Shown: positions 41,859 to 51,917 of the stretch, piece after piece
How positions within the stretch are numbered: position 1 is the stretch's first letter
How the letters are laid out: each line of letters opens with the position of its first letter
Assembly: GCA_040751755.1 (NCBI GenBank)
Contig: JBFMHC010000015.1
Span: 19,054-83,053 of the forward strand
Reading direction: 5' to 3'
Origin: Pseudomonadota bacterium
GTDB lineage: Bacteria > Pseudomonadota > Gammaproteobacteria > Burkholderiales > Thiobacillaceae
DNA length: 64,000 bases
Notes under the pieces: generated by a model
What the model was told of the DNA's origin: nothing
Seen by the model: the letters and a program-made list of their open reading frames with translations, nothing else
Database searches by the model: none
Position numbers and translations under genes: made by a program

Positions 41859-43148
41859 TCAGGCCTTGGCGAGGGCGCGGTCGAGGATGGCCAGGGCCTC
41901 GTCGAACACCGCGTCCTCGGTGGTTAGGGGGTAGAGGAAGCGCACCACGTTGCCGTACACGCCGCAGGTGAGCAGGATCAGGCCCTCCTCCAGGGCGGCC
42001 TGCTGCACGCGCTTCACGGCCTCGGGCGAGGGCTCGCCGGTGGCAGGGTCGAAGAACTCCGCCGCCACCATGGAGCCGAGGCCGCGCACCTCCTTCAGCG
42101 CCGGCACCTGGGCCTGGGCGGCCTTGAGACGGGCGATGAGCCGCTCGCCCAGCACGTTGGAGCGCTCGACCAGGCCCTCCTTGAGGATCACGTCGATCAC
42201 CGCGTGCGCGGCGGCGATGGCGAGGGGGTTGCCGGCGTAGGTGCCACCCAGGCCGCCGGGGGCCGGGCCGTCCATGACCTCCGCCTTGCCGCACACGGCC
42301 GACAAAGTCATGCCGCCGGCCATGCTCTTGGCCAGGGTCATGATGTCCGGCAGGACGTCGTAATGCTCGGCGGCGAACAGCCTGCCGGTGCGGCCGAAGC
42401 CAGTCTGCACCTCGTCGTAGATCAGCAGGATGCCGTGCTCGTCGCAGGTCTGGCGCAAGGCACGCATCAGCTCCGGCGGCGCCACGTAGAAGCCGCCCTC
42501 GCCCTGCACCGGCTCGACGATGATGGCGGCGACGCGCTTGGGATCGACGTCCGCCTTGAACAGGGCCTGCAGGCCGTGCAGCGCGTCCTCGACGCTGACG
42601 CCGTGCACCGGCATCGGGAACGGCAGGTGGTAGATCTCCGCCGGGAAGGGGCCGAAGCCAACCTTGTAGGGCACCACCTTGCCGGTGAGCGCGCAGCCCA
42701 TCATGGTGCGGCCGTGGAAACCGCCGGAGAAGGCGATGATGCCGGAGCGGCCGGTGCTGGCGCGGGCGATCTTGATCGCGTTCTCCACCGCCTCGGCGCC
42801 GCTGGAGAAGAAGGCGGTCTTCTTCGCGTAGTCGCCGGGGGTAAGGGCGTTGATGCGCTCGGCCAGGCTGACGTAGCTCTCATACGGCAGCACCTGGTAG
42901 CAGGTGTGGGTGAAGCGCTGCAACTGCTCCTCGACGGCCGCGACCAGGGCCGGGTGGCGGTGGCCGGTGTTGAGCACGGCGATGCCGCCGGCGAAGTCGA
43001 TGTAGCGCCGCCCCTCCACGTCCCAGACCTCGGCGTTCTCGGCGCGGTCGATGAAGAAGCTGGCCATCACGCCGATGCCGCGCGGGGTGGCGGCGAGGCG
43101 GCGCTGGTGCAGGTCGGCGTTGCTGGGCTGTCCGGTTTTTGCATTCAT
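41859..43148 (-). CDS. gabT: 4-aminobutyrate--2-oxoglutarate transaminase
   Basis: ATG at 43148 with an AAGGAA RBS, 429 aa. GIAVLNTGHRHP, FFSSGAEAVENAIK, IYDEVQTGFGRTG, and the PLP Lys in TLAKSMAGG. Confidence 0.9.
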   Translation of the reverse strand: MNAKTGQPSNADLHQRRLAATPRGIGVMASFFIDRAENAEVWDVEGRRYIDFAGGIAVLNTGHRHPALVAAVEEQLQRFTHTCYQVLPYESYVSLAERINALTPGDYAKKTAFFSSGAEAVENAIKIARASTGRSGIIAFSGGFHGRTMMGCALTGKVVPYKVGFGPFPAEIYHLPFPMPVHGVSVEDALHGLQALFKADVDPKRVAAIIVEPVQGEGGFYVAPPELMRALRQTCDEHGILLIYDEVQTGFGRTGRLFAAEHYDVLPDIMTLAKSMAGGMTLSAVCGKAEVMDGPAPGGLGGTYAGNPLAIAAAHAVIDVILKEGLVERSNVLGERLIARLKAAQAQVPALKEVRGLGSMVAAEFFDPATGEPSPEAVKRVQQAALEEGLILLTCGVYGNVVRFLYPLTTEDAVFDEALAILDRALAKA

Positions 43149-43171
43149 GATGCGATTCCTTGCTCGGCGCC

Positions 43172-44674
43172 TTACTTGAGGCGGATCCAGGTGGTCTTCA
43201 GTTCGGTGTACTTGTCGAAGGCGTGCAGCGATTTGTCGCGCCCGTTGCCCGACTGCTTGAAGCCGCCGAACGGCACGGTGATGTCGTCCTCGTCGTAGCT
43301 GTTGACGTGCACGGTGCCGGCGCGCAGGGCGCGCGCCACCAGGTGGGCCCGGGAGATGTCGCGCGTCCACACCGCGGCGGCGAGGCCGTAGTTCGTGTCG
43401 TTGGCGATGCGGATGGCCTCTTCCTGGGTGTCGAAGGCGATGATCGACAGCACCGGGCCGAAGATCTCCTCGCAGGCGATGGTCATGTCGTTGGTCACGT
43501 CGGCGAAGATGGTCGGCGCCACGTAGTAGCCGCCCGATTCGGGACGCATCTGCATGCCGCCGCAGCACAGGCGCGCGCCCTGCCGCTTGCCGCTCTCGAT
43601 GTAGCGCAGCACGTTCTCCATCTGGCCCTGGTCGACCAGGGCGCCCATGGCGGTGTCCGGGTCGAGCGGGTCGCCGGGGGTGTGCCGGGGCGAGTACTGC
43701 TTCAGCTTCTCGACGAACGCGTCGTGGATGGACCGCTCCACCAGCAGGCGCGAGGGCGCGTTGCAGCTCTCGCCCTGGTTGTAGAAGATGGAACCGGCCG
43801 CCGCCGCCACCGCCTGGTCCAGGTCCGGGCAGTCGGCGAACACGATGTTGGGGGACTTGCCGCCCAGCTCGCACCAGGCGCGCTTGAGGTTGCTCTCGCC
43901 GGCCATGATCTGGATCCGCTTGCCCACGGCGGTGGAGCCGGTGAAGGCGATGCAGTCCACGTCCATGTGCAGGGCCAGGGGCGAGCCCGCCTCCGGGCCG
44001 AAGCCGGGTACCACGTTGAGCACGCCGGCGGGGATGCCCGCCTCCAGCGCCAGGTCGCCCAGGCGCAGGGCGGTGAGCGGCGACTTCTCCGAGGGCTTGA
44101 GCACCACGCTGTTGCCGGCGGCCAGGGCCGGGGCGATCTTCCACGAGGCCATCAGCAGCGGGTAGTTCCAGGGCACCACGGCCCCCACCACGCCGATCGG
44201 CTCGCGCGTGACCAGGGCCAGGGTGTGGTCCGGGGTCGGCGCGATCTCGTCGTAGATCTTGTCGACCGCCTCGCCGAACCAGCGCAGGGTGTTGGCGGTG
44301 GCGGGCACGTCGGTGCTCAGGCTGGCGCCGATCGGCTTGCCCATGTCCAGGGTCTCCAGCAGGGCCAGCTCCTCGCGGTTCGCCAGCACCAGATCGGCGA
44401 AGCGGATCAGGGCCTGCTTGCGCTCGCGCGGCGACTGGCCGGCCCAGCGGCGGTCCGCGAAGGCGGCGCGCGCGGCGGCAACCGCGCGGTCCACGTCGGC
44501 GGCCTGGCAGCGCGCCACGTCGGCGAGCTTGCGCCCGTCCACGGGCGACAGGCACTCGAAGGTACCGCCGTCGGCGGCGTCGACGCGCCGGCCGTCGATC
44601 AGCGCGCGCCCGTCGATACGCACGGCGGCGGCGCGTTCATGCCATCCGGTCTTGGTCATTTCCGTCATGGTCAT
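43172..44674 (-). CDS. NAD-dependent aldehyde dehydrogenase (gamma-glutamyl-gamma-aminobutyraldehyde DH, PuuC-like)
   Basis: ATG at 44674, 500 aa. VVPWNYPLLMASWKIAPALAAGNSVVLKPSE, ELGGKSP, catalytic Cys in NQGESCNA, and EEIFGPV. Confidence 0.8.
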   Translation of the reverse strand: MTMTEMTKTGWHERAAAVRIDGRALIDGRRVDAADGGTFECLSPVDGRKLADVARCQAADVDRAVAAARAAFADRRWAGQSPRERKQALIRFADLVLANREELALLETLDMGKPIGASLSTDVPATANTLRWFGEAVDKIYDEIAPTPDHTLALVTREPIGVVGAVVPWNYPLLMASWKIAPALAAGNSVVLKPSEKSPLTALRLGDLALEAGIPAGVLNVVPGFGPEAGSPLALHMDVDCIAFTGSTAVGKRIQIMAGESNLKRAWCELGGKSPNIVFADCPDLDQAVAAAAGSIFYNQGESCNAPSRLLVERSIHDAFVEKLKQYSPRHTPGDPLDPDTAMGALVDQGQMENVLRYIESGKRQGARLCCGGMQMRPESGGYYVAPTIFADVTNDMTIACEEIFGPVLSIIAFDTQEEAIRIANDTNYGLAAAVWTRDISRAHLVARALRAGTVHVNSYDEDDITVPFGGFKQSGNGRDKSLHAFDKYTELKTTWIRLK

Positions 44675-44700
44675 TTCCTCACTCTCACATCGCGCCCGGC

Positions 44701-46161
44701 TTACAGCCCGGCCATGGCGACGTACTTGATCTCCAGGTATTCGTCGATGCCGTGGTGCGAGCCCTCGCGCCCCAGGCCGGACTGCTTGACGCCGCCGAAC
44801 GGCGCCACCTCGTTCGAGATGATCCCGGTGTTCACACCCACCATGCCGTACTCCAGGGCCTCGGCGACGCGCCAGATGCGGCCGATGTCGCGGCTGTAGA
44901 AGTAGGAGGCGAGGCCGAACTCGGTGCGGTTGGCCAGCTCGATCACCTCCTCGTCGGTCCTGAAGCGGAACAGCGGTGCCACCGGGCCGAAGGTCTCCTC
45001 GCGGAACACCATGGCATCCGGGCTCACGTCCGCCAGCACGGTCGGCTCGTAGAAGGTGCCGCCGAGGGCGTGGCGCCTGCCGCCCGCCACCAGCCGGGCG
45101 CCCTTGGCGACGGCGTCGGCGACGTGGCTCTCCACCTTGGCCAGGGCCGCGTCGTCGATCAGCGGGCCCTGCGTCACGCCCTCGCTGAAGCCGTCGCCCA
45201 CCTGTAGCTGGCCGACGCGCGCCGCCAGCCGCTCGGCGAAGGCGTCGAAGATGCCGTCCTGCACGAACAGGCGGTTGGCGCACACGCAGGTCTGGCCGGC
45301 GTTGCGGTACTTGCTGGCGATGGCGCCCTCGACCGCCGCGTCCAGGTCGGCGTCGTCGAAGACGATGAAGGGGGCGTTGCCGCCCAGCTCCAGCGACAGC
45401 TTCTTGATGGTGTCGGCGCTCTGGCGCATGAGGATGCGCCCCACCTCGGTGGAGCCGGTGAAGGAGAGCTTGGTCACCACCGGGCTGGCGCAGATGGCGC
45501 CGCCGATCTCGCGCGCGTCGCCGGTGATCACCTGGAACACGCCGCCGGGGATGCCGGCCTCCTCCGCCAACACGGCGAGGGCGAGCGCGGACAGGGGCGT
45601 CTGCTCCGCAGGCTTGACGATCATGGCGCAGCCCGCGGCCAGGGCCGGCGCGGCCTTGCGCGTGATCATGGCGGTGGGGAAGTTCCACGGCGTGATCGCG
45701 GCGGTGACGCCGATGGGCTGCTTCAGCACCACCAGGCGGCGGTCGACGGTCGGCGCGGGGATGACCTCGCCGTACACGCGCTTCGCCTCCTCGGCGAACC
45801 ACTCGATGAAGCTGGCGCCGTAGGCGATCTCGCCGCGTGCCTCGGCCAGCGGCTTGCCTTGTTCTACGGTGAGGATGCGGGCCAGGTCCTCCTGGTGCTG
45901 CATCATCAACGCAAACCACTGCTTCAGGCGCGCCGAGCGCTCCTTGGCGGCGAGCGCGCGCCACTGTTTCTGCGCCACGGCGGCGGCGGCGATGGCGCGC
46001 TCGGTCTCGGCCCTGCCCATGAGCGGGGCCTCGGCCACGGTCTCGCCGGTGGCGGGGTTGCGGACCGTGATGACGGCGCCGGAATCGGCGCCCGCCCATT
46101 GCCCGGCGAGCCAGGCGGCACCCGGCCGGATCAGCGCGGGGTGGTTCAACTGAAGAGACAT
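44701..46161 (-). CDS. gabD: succinate-semialdehyde dehydrogenase
   Basis: 486 aa. [53 protein letters not shown], and [13 protein letters not shown]. Confidence 0.9.
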   Translation of the reverse strand: MSLQLNHPALIRPGAAWLAGQWAGADSGAVITVRNPATGETVAEAPLMGRAETERAIAAAAVAQKQWRALAAKERSARLKQWFALMMQHQEDLARILTVEQGKPLAEARGEIAYGASFIEWFAEEAKRVYGEVIPAPTVDRRLVVLKQPIGVTAAITPWNFPTAMITRKAAPALAAGCAMIVKPAEQTPLSALALAVLAEEAGIPGGVFQVITGDAREIGGAICASPVVTKLSFTGSTEVGRILMRQSADTIKKLSLELGGNAPFIVFDDADLDAAVEGAIASKYRNAGQTCVCANRLFVQDGIFDAFAERLAARVGQLQVGDGFSEGVTQGPLIDDAALAKVESHVADAVAKGARLVAGGRRHALGGTFYEPTVLADVSPDAMVFREETFGPVAPLFRFRTDEEVIELANRTEFGLASYFYSRDIGRIWRVAEALEYGMVGVNTGIISNEVAPFGGVKQSGLGREGSHHGIDEYLEIKYVAMAGL

Positions 46162-46240
46162 GGAAACTCCGGGATGAGGCTGCCTTGGAACGAGCGGCTC
46201 GACGCGTCACCCCGGCCTGCGCCGGAATGACGCAGCCGCC

Positions 46241-47686
46241 TTAGAAGCTGAGCACGGTCGAGACGCCGAACATGTGGTTGTTCTTCTTGTAGCTGCCGTC
46301 GTCGACGTAATAGAACACCGGGATGTCGGCATGGTCGATGCGGTACTCGGCCTTCAGCATCACGTTGGTGGTGAGCGCGTAGTTCACGCCCAGGGACAGC
46401 GTGGTGCGGTTGGCGCCGTTGATCGAGGTGCCGGGCGTCCACGCGGCGGCGTCGGCGGCGGTGGGGCCGAAGCCGTTGCGGTAGTCGCCGGCGGCGAGCT
46501 GCGTGGCCACCGTATCGTCGCAGACGGCGGGCGCGAGCGGATCGGCCGCCGCCGAGTCGATACAGTTGAACGCCGTGCCGATGGTGCCGCCGCCGTGCTT
46601 GCTGTTGTTCAGGTAGTCCAGGCGCCCGATGGCCTCGAAGCGCGGCGTGAGTTTGTAGCCCAGCAGGGTGGAGAAGCCCTTCCAGGTGGCATCGCCGCCG
46701 TCGAAGGCGTTGTTCTTCCACTTGCCGACGCTCAGCTGGCCCATCCAGCTGAGGTCGCCGCGGATGAAGTAGGCATCGAACTCGAACATGTCGAGGCGGT
46801 TGTCGTCCAGCTCGCCGTGCTGGCCGGCGAAGCCGAAGCCCTGGAACTCGCCCTTCGAGTAGTCGACGCGGTAGCTCAGCATCGGGTTGGTCTCGCTGTC
46901 CGGGTGGCTGGCCTTGTTCATGTTGCCGATCATGGCGCGCGTCCACCACTTGCCGCGCGTCACGTCCACGCCCGCGCCGGTGTAGAAGGACGGCAGGGTG
47001 AAGTCGAACAGCAGGTTGTGGGTGATGAGCTTGTTCTGGTGGCCGAAGTAGTACTCGTAGCCGCTCCAGTCGGGCATCTGGCCGGCGATGAAGCGGGTGT
47101 TCGAGTCGGTGATGGGCATCGACATCGAGGCCTCGTGCACGATGGAGCCGAGGTTGAAGCCCGAGCTGGCGCTCTTGTGCGGCGCCAGGGCGAGACGCAG
47201 CTTGGTGCCGCCCTCCAGCTCCTTGTCGAACTGCAGCAGGGCCTGGCCGAAGTAGGAGTTGTCGTAGGCGTAGACCTCGTTGCCGTCGCGGCCGTCGAAG
47301 TTGTTGAGGAAGTTGAAGCCGGCGCTGTCGCGCGCCTTGTTGTAGATGAAGGTCGGGTCGATCATGCCGCTGATCTGCAGGTCCTTCATGCCGAGGGCCT
47401 CGTTCTGGTCCTCCATGCTCTCGACCTTGACACGGATGCGGTTGAACTCGGCGCGCTGCTCCTCACTGTCCGCCGCCGCGGCCTGCACCGCCTCCACCTT
47501 GGCGACGGCCTGCTCCACCAATGCGGTCAGCTGCTTGATCTGGGTTTCCAGCTGCTCGATGCGCTGGCGCATCTGCTCCGGCGTCTCCTCCGCATGGGCC
47601 GGCAGAACCCCGCCGCAGGCCAGTGCCACGGCCAGAACGCTCAGTTTGGGCAGGCTCGACAACTTCCCTTCCTTCTTCTGCTTCAT
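46241..47686 (-). CDS. DUF3138-like outer-membrane protein (porin candidate with N-terminal coiled coil)
   Basis: ATG at 47686 behind AAGGAGAG, and a signal peptide ending AHA. A heptad-like segment of about 70 aa (MRQRIEQLETQIKQLTALVEQAVAKVEAV...) is followed by alternating-strand sequence ending ...VSTVLSF. Confidence 0.65.
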   Translation of the reverse strand: MKQKKEGKLSSLPKLSVLAVALACGGVLPAHAEETPEQMRQRIEQLETQIKQLTALVEQAVAKVEAVQAAAADSEEQRAEFNRIRVKVESMEDQNEALGMKDLQISGMIDPTFIYNKARDSAGFNFLNNFDGRDGNEVYAYDNSYFGQALLQFDKELEGGTKLRLALAPHKSASSGFNLGSIVHEASMSMPITDSNTRFIAGQMPDWSGYEYYFGHQNKLITHNLLFDFTLPSFYTGAGVDVTRGKWWTRAMIGNMNKASHPDSETNPMLSYRVDYSKGEFQGFGFAGQHGELDDNRLDMFEFDAYFIRGDLSWMGQLSVGKWKNNAFDGGDATWKGFSTLLGYKLTPRFEAIGRLDYLNNSKHGGGTIGTAFNCIDSAAADPLAPAVCDDTVATQLAAGDYRNGFGPTAADAAAWTPGTSINGANRTTLSLGVNYALTTNVMLKAEYRIDHADIPVFYYVDDGSYKKNNHMFGVSTVLSF

Positions 47687-47740
47687 CTTTCTCTCCTTGT
47701 GAGGCACAGCATACGAACACGCATACAGCTTCCGGACTTG

Positions 47741-48580
47741 CTACGGGTGGTTACCTGACTGGGCATAGGCCTCGGCCATCTCGCGCTGGCGTCTTCGCTC
47801 CGCCCGCGCCTGATAGATGCTCGACGCGACCACCGCCACCGTGACCACGGCGATGGTCACCGCCGCGACCGCGTTGATGGAGGGGTTCAGGCCCAGCCTG
47901 GCGCGCGAGAAGATGACGATGGGCAGGGTCGTGGACCCCGGACCCGAGAGGAAGGCGGACAGCACCACGTCGTCGAACGACAGGGTGAAGGTGAGCAGGA
48001 AGGCCGAGACCAGCGAGGGCGCGATCAGCGGCAGGGTCACCAGGGCGAACACCTGCCAGGGCTTGCAGCCGAGGTCCATGGCCGCCTCCTCCAGGCGCGT
48101 GTCGAACTCGCGCAGGCGCGACATCACCACCACCGCGGCGTAGGCGGTGCCCAGCAGGGCGTGGCCGAGCAGGATGGTGAGCAGGCCGCGCTCCGGGAAG
48201 CCGAGCCAGCGCTGGATCGAGACCAGCAGCAGCAGCAGCGACAGGCCGACGATCACCTCCGGCATCACCAGCGGTGCGTTGGCCATGGAGGACAACAGGG
48301 TGCGCCCCGGGAACTTGCGGTAGCGCACCAGGGCGAAGGCGGTGAGGGTGCCGAACACCACCGAGAGCGCGCCACTCAGCAGGGCCACCTTGAGCGAGAG
48401 GATGAGGCCGGCGATCACCTCGCGGTCCTCCAGCAGCGCCGCGTACCACTGCAGGGTGAACTCGGACCACACCGTGACCAGCGGCGAGGCGTTGAAGGAG
48501 TAGACCACCAGGGTGACGATGGGGATGTAGAGGAAGACGTAGACCCCCAGCATCCAGGCCTTGCCGAAGAGCTTGTTCAT
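47741..48580 (-). CDS. potI: putrescine ABC transporter permease
   Basis: ATG at 48580, overlapping the potH stop by 4 nt. 279 aa with the EAA loop LEEAAMDLGCKPWQVFALVTLP. Confidence 0.9.
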   Translation of the reverse strand: MNKLFGKAWMLGVYVFLYIPIVTLVVYSFNASPLVTVWSEFTLQWYAALLEDREVIAGLILSLKVALLSGALSVVFGTLTAFALVRYRKFPGRTLLSSMANAPLVMPEVIVGLSLLLLLVSIQRWLGFPERGLLTILLGHALLGTAYAAVVVMSRLREFDTRLEEAAMDLGCKPWQVFALVTLPLIAPSLVSAFLLTFTLSFDDVVLSAFLSGPGSTTLPIVIFSRARLGLNPSINAVAAVTIAVVTVAVVASSIYQARAERRRQREMAEAYAQSGNHP

Positions 48581-49485
48581 GCCTGCCCCTCCTTGGCGTT
48601 CTCGTCCTGGTACCTGTTGAAGACCGCCATCGGCACCAGGATCAGCAGGATCATGACGATGGTCACCGCCGAGGCCATGGGCCAGTCGTTGTTGCTGAAG
48701 AACTCGTCCCACAGCACGCGCCCGATCATCAGGGTCTCCGGCCCGCCCAGCAGTTCCGGGATCACGTACTCGCCCACCGCGGGGATGAACACCAGCAGCG
48801 AGCCGGCGATGATGCCGCGCCGGGACAGCGGCACGGTGACCAGCCAGAAGGTCTTCCACGGGCTCGCACCCAGGTCGGCGGCGGCCTCCAGCAGGCGCAC
48901 GTCCAGCTTCACCAGGTTGGCGTAGAGCGGCAGGATCATGAACGGCAGGTAGGCGTAGACCATGCCGAGCGTGAGCGAGAACGGCGTGTTCATCATCGCC
49001 AGCGGCGTGTCGATCACGCCCAGGGTCAGGAGCGCGCCGTTGACCAGGCCGTTGCCGGCGAGCAGCGCCTTCCAGGCGTAGATGCGCAGCAGGAAGGAAG
49101 TCCAGAACGGCAGCATCACCAGCATCAGCAGCATGGGCCGCAGGTGCGCCGGCGAGCGCGCCATGAAATAGGCAAAGGGGTAGCCGAGCAGCAGACACCA
49201 GAAGGTGGTGATGGCGGCGAACTTGAGCGAGGACAGGTAGGTCTCGGCGTACAGCGGGTCCTCGCTGATGAACAGGTAGTTGCCGAAGTTCAGCTTCAGC
49301 GTCAGCACGCCGTCCGCCCACTGCCACAGGCTGGCGACCGAGGCGATCTCCATCTCCGAGAGGCTGAAGTTGAGGACGATCAGCAGCGGCGCGGCGGAGA
49401 GCAGGAACAGCCACAGCATCGGCACGCCGATCACCAGGTGGCGGCCGCGCGGCAGGCTCAGTCGGGAAAGGAAGGCGCCAGGCAT
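48577..49485 (-). CDS. potH: putrescine ABC transporter permease
   Basis: ATG at 49485. 302 aa with the EAA loop LLEAAADLGASPWKTFWLVTVP. Confidence 0.9.
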   Translation of the reverse strand: MPGAFLSRLSLPRGRHLVIGVPMLWLFLLSAAPLLIVLNFSLSEMEIASVASLWQWADGVLTLKLNFGNYLFISEDPLYAETYLSSLKFAAITTFWCLLLGYPFAYFMARSPAHLRPMLLMLVMLPFWTSFLLRIYAWKALLAGNGLVNGALLTLGVIDTPLAMMNTPFSLTLGMVYAYLPFMILPLYANLVKLDVRLLEAAADLGASPWKTFWLVTVPLSRRGIIAGSLLVFIPAVGEYVIPELLGGPETLMIGRVLWDEFFSNNDWPMASAVTIVMILLILVPMAVFNRYQDENAKEGQA

Positions 49486-49496
49486 CTCGTGTCCCG

Positions 49497-50609
49497 TCAC
49501 TGCGTCAGCACGACCATGGCGTCGCGGCTCCAGTGCGCGTAGACGCGGTCGCCCCAGGTCAGGTCGTTGCCGCCGTGGCGGCTGATGTTGGGCTGCTGCA
49601 CCTTCAGCGTCATGCCGCTGGCGAGCTTGAGGTGATAGGTGGTGTGGGCGCCGAAATAGGCGAGATCGGCGATCTCGCCGGCGCACCAGTTGTGCGGCTT
49701 GTCCGGCTGCTGGCGCGACAGGTGGATCTTCTCCGGGCGCAGCGCCACCCCCACCGCCATGCCGGCGGTGCCGGTGATGCCGTGGCCGACGTAATGCACG
49801 CACTCCGGGCAGCGCACCGTGCAGTGGTCCGCCTCGTCCTCCTCCACCTCGCCCTCGAAGATGTTCACGTTGCCGATGAAGTCGGCGACCATGCGGCTGT
49901 TCGGCGTCTCGTAGATCTCGTCCGGCGTGCCGACCTGGAGGAAATAGCCCTCGCTCATCACGGCGATGCGCGAGGCCATGGTCATCGCCTCCTCCTGGTC
50001 GTGGGTGACCAGGACGCAGGTCACGCCCACCTCCTCGATGATGTTGACCAGCTCCAGCTGCGTGCTCTCGCGCAGTTTCTTGTCGAGGGCGCCGAGTGGC
50101 TCGTCCAGCAGCAGGAGCTGCGGGCGCTTCGCCAGGCTGCGCGCCAGGGCGACCCGCTGCTGCTGGCCCCCCGAGAGCTGATGCGGCTTGCGCTTGGCGA
50201 ACTTGCTGAGCTGCACCAGCTTGAGCTTGGACTCGACCCGTTCCGCCAGCTCGTCGCCGGACATGCCGTCGCGGCGCAGTCCGAAGGCAACGTTGTCCCA
50301 GACGTTGAGATGCGGGAACAGGGCATAGGACTGGAACATCATGTTGATCGGCCGCTGGTAGGGCGGCAGGTCGGTGATGTCCTTGCCGGCGAGGAAGATG
50401 CGCCCGCCGGTCGGCGTCTCGAAGCCCGCGAGCATGCGCAACAGAGTGGATTTGCCGCACCCGGAGCTGCCCAGCAGGGCGAAGATCTCGCCCTTGGCGA
50501 CCGTCAGGGACACGTTGTCCACCGCCCGCACCGTGCCATCGAACACCTTCGTCAGCCCTTCGATGCGCAGCAGGTCCTCCTGGACCTTGCCGTCCATTGC
50601 CACTGCCAT
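49497..50609 (-). CDS. potG: putrescine ABC transporter ATP-binding protein
   Basis: Walker A GSSGCGKST, LSGGQQQRVALAR, LLLLDEP, plus a C-terminal TOBE-like domain. Confidence 0.9.
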   Translation of the reverse strand: MAVAMDGKVQEDLLRIEGLTKVFDGTVRAVDNVSLTVAKGEIFALLGSSGCGKSTLLRMLAGFETPTGGRIFLAGKDITDLPPYQRPINMMFQSYALFPHLNVWDNVAFGLRRDGMSGDELAERVESKLKLVQLSKFAKRKPHQLSGGQQQRVALARSLAKRPQLLLLDEPLGALDKKLRESTQLELVNIIEEVGVTCVLVTHDQEEAMTMASRIAVMSEGYFLQVGTPDEIYETPNSRMVADFIGNVNIFEGEVEEDEADHCTVRCPECVHYVGHGITGTAGMAVGVALRPEKIHLSRQQPDKPHNWCAGEIADLAYFGAHTTYHLKLASGMTLKVQQPNISRHGGNDLTWGDRVYAHWSRDAMVVLTQ

Positions 50610-50652
50610 TCCTATCTCCTGAGAGGGTTGTCGCCTCCCGCACCGCGGGAAG

Positions 50653-50675
50653 CGCCCCGCCGCGCCGGCGGGGCG
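50653..50675 (-). other. intercistronic GC hairpin between potF and potG
   Basis: CGCCCCGCCG-CGC-CGGCGGGGCG (10-bp stem), 14 nt after the potF stop. A second small hairpin follows. There is no U-tract. Confidence 0.5.
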
Positions 50676-50688
50676 GGACGAAGGGGGA

Positions 50689-51807
50689 TTACAGGCCGGT
50701 CTTGAAGCGCGTGTAGAGGCGCGTCATGGTGCGGCGGATGTCGTTGTTGACGGCGTCCGGTGCGGCCATCTTCTTCTTGTCCTCATCCGAGAGGTACACG
50801 GTCTTGTTGCTCGCCACATGCGGCTTCACGAACTTGCTCGCCTCCTTGTTGGGGTTGGCGTAGAACACCTTGTTGGTGAGCGCGGCGTGTACCTCCGGAC
50901 GCAGGATGTAGTTGATGAACTTGTGCGCGTTCTCCGGGTGCGGCGCGTCGACCGGGATGGCCATGGTGTCGAAGAACAGGATGCCGCCGTTCTTCGGGAT
51001 CAGCGCCTCGATCCGCTGCCCGGACTTGTTGTCGATGGCGCGCTGGCGGGCGATGTTGATGTCGCCGGACCAGCCCAGGGCGACGCAGATCGAGCCGTTC
51101 GCCATGTCGTTGATGTAGCCGGAGGAGGAGAACAGGGTCACGTAGGGGCGGATCTTCGCCAGTACGTTGTAGGCCGCGTTGTAGTCAGACACGGTCTTGC
51201 TGTAGGGCGGTTTGCCCAGATAGTGCAGGGCCGCAGGCAGGACCTCGGAGGGCGAATCGAGGAAGGACACGCCGCAGGACTTCAAACGCGAGATGTATGC
51301 GGGGTTGAAGACCAGTTCCCATACGTTGTCGGGCATCGGCACGTCGCCCAGGGCCTTCTTCACCTTGTCGACGTTGATGCCGACGGTGGTGTAGCCCCAC
51401 AGCCAGGTCACCAGGTACTTGTTGCCCGGGTCCAGCTTGCCGAGCTGCGCGAGCACGCCGGGATCCAGGTTCTTCCAGTTGGGCAGCTGACCCTTGTCCA
51501 GCTTCTGCAGCAGGCCGCCGTCGATCTGGATCTTGCCCCAGTGCGAGGAGGGCACGACGATGTCGTAACCGGTCTTGCCCGCCACCAGCTTGGCATGCAG
51601 GATCTCGTTGCTGTCGAAGTTGTCGTATCGCACCTTGATGCCGGTCTCCTTCTCGAAGTTGGCGATGGTGTCCGGCGCGATGTAGTCCGACCAGTTGTAG
51701 ACGTTGAGGACCTTCTCCTCGTCGGCCCAGGCGGCGGAGGCGAAGCCAGCGGTGATAGCGACGGCGGCGAGCGCCCCAGTCAGACCCTTCTTGAACGGCG
51801 ATGTCAT
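50689..51807 (-). CDS. potF: putrescine-binding periplasmic protein
   Basis: Signal peptide ...GFASAAWA, then EKVLNVYNWSDYIAPDTIANFEKETGIKVRYDNFDSNE..., which is typical of PotF/SpuD. Confidence 0.9.
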   Translation of the reverse strand: MTSPFKKGLTGALAAVAITAGFASAAWADEEKVLNVYNWSDYIAPDTIANFEKETGIKVRYDNFDSNEILHAKLVAGKTGYDIVVPSSHWGKIQIDGGLLQKLDKGQLPNWKNLDPGVLAQLGKLDPGNKYLVTWLWGYTTVGINVDKVKKALGDVPMPDNVWELVFNPAYISRLKSCGVSFLDSPSEVLPAALHYLGKPPYSKTVSDYNAAYNVLAKIRPYVTLFSSSGYINDMANGSICVALGWSGDINIARQRAIDNKSGQRIEALIPKNGGILFFDTMAIPVDAPHPENAHKFINYILRPEVHAALTNKVFYANPNKEASKFVKPHVASNKTVYLSDEDKKKMAAPDAVNNDIRRTMTRLYTRFKTGL

Positions 51808-51917
51808 ACCCAGTTCTCCTAATCAACGAGACAATCGAGAAAACCCAACACCTGCAACTGCTTGGAATGTCGCTTCTTGCGTCACGACCGCGTCCATCCT
51901 AGTGACCCACCTCCCGC

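Noticed and set aside
41859-46210. Track ORFs of 898 aa (41859-44555) and 1012 aa (43172-46210) that look like giant fusion proteins.
   Set aside because: Only the C-terminal parts match real families: gabT from the ATG at 43148 and the aldehyde dehydrogenase from the ATG at 44674, each with an RBS. The N-terminal extensions are Arg/Pro/Gly-rich read-through overlapping the upstream gene in another frame.
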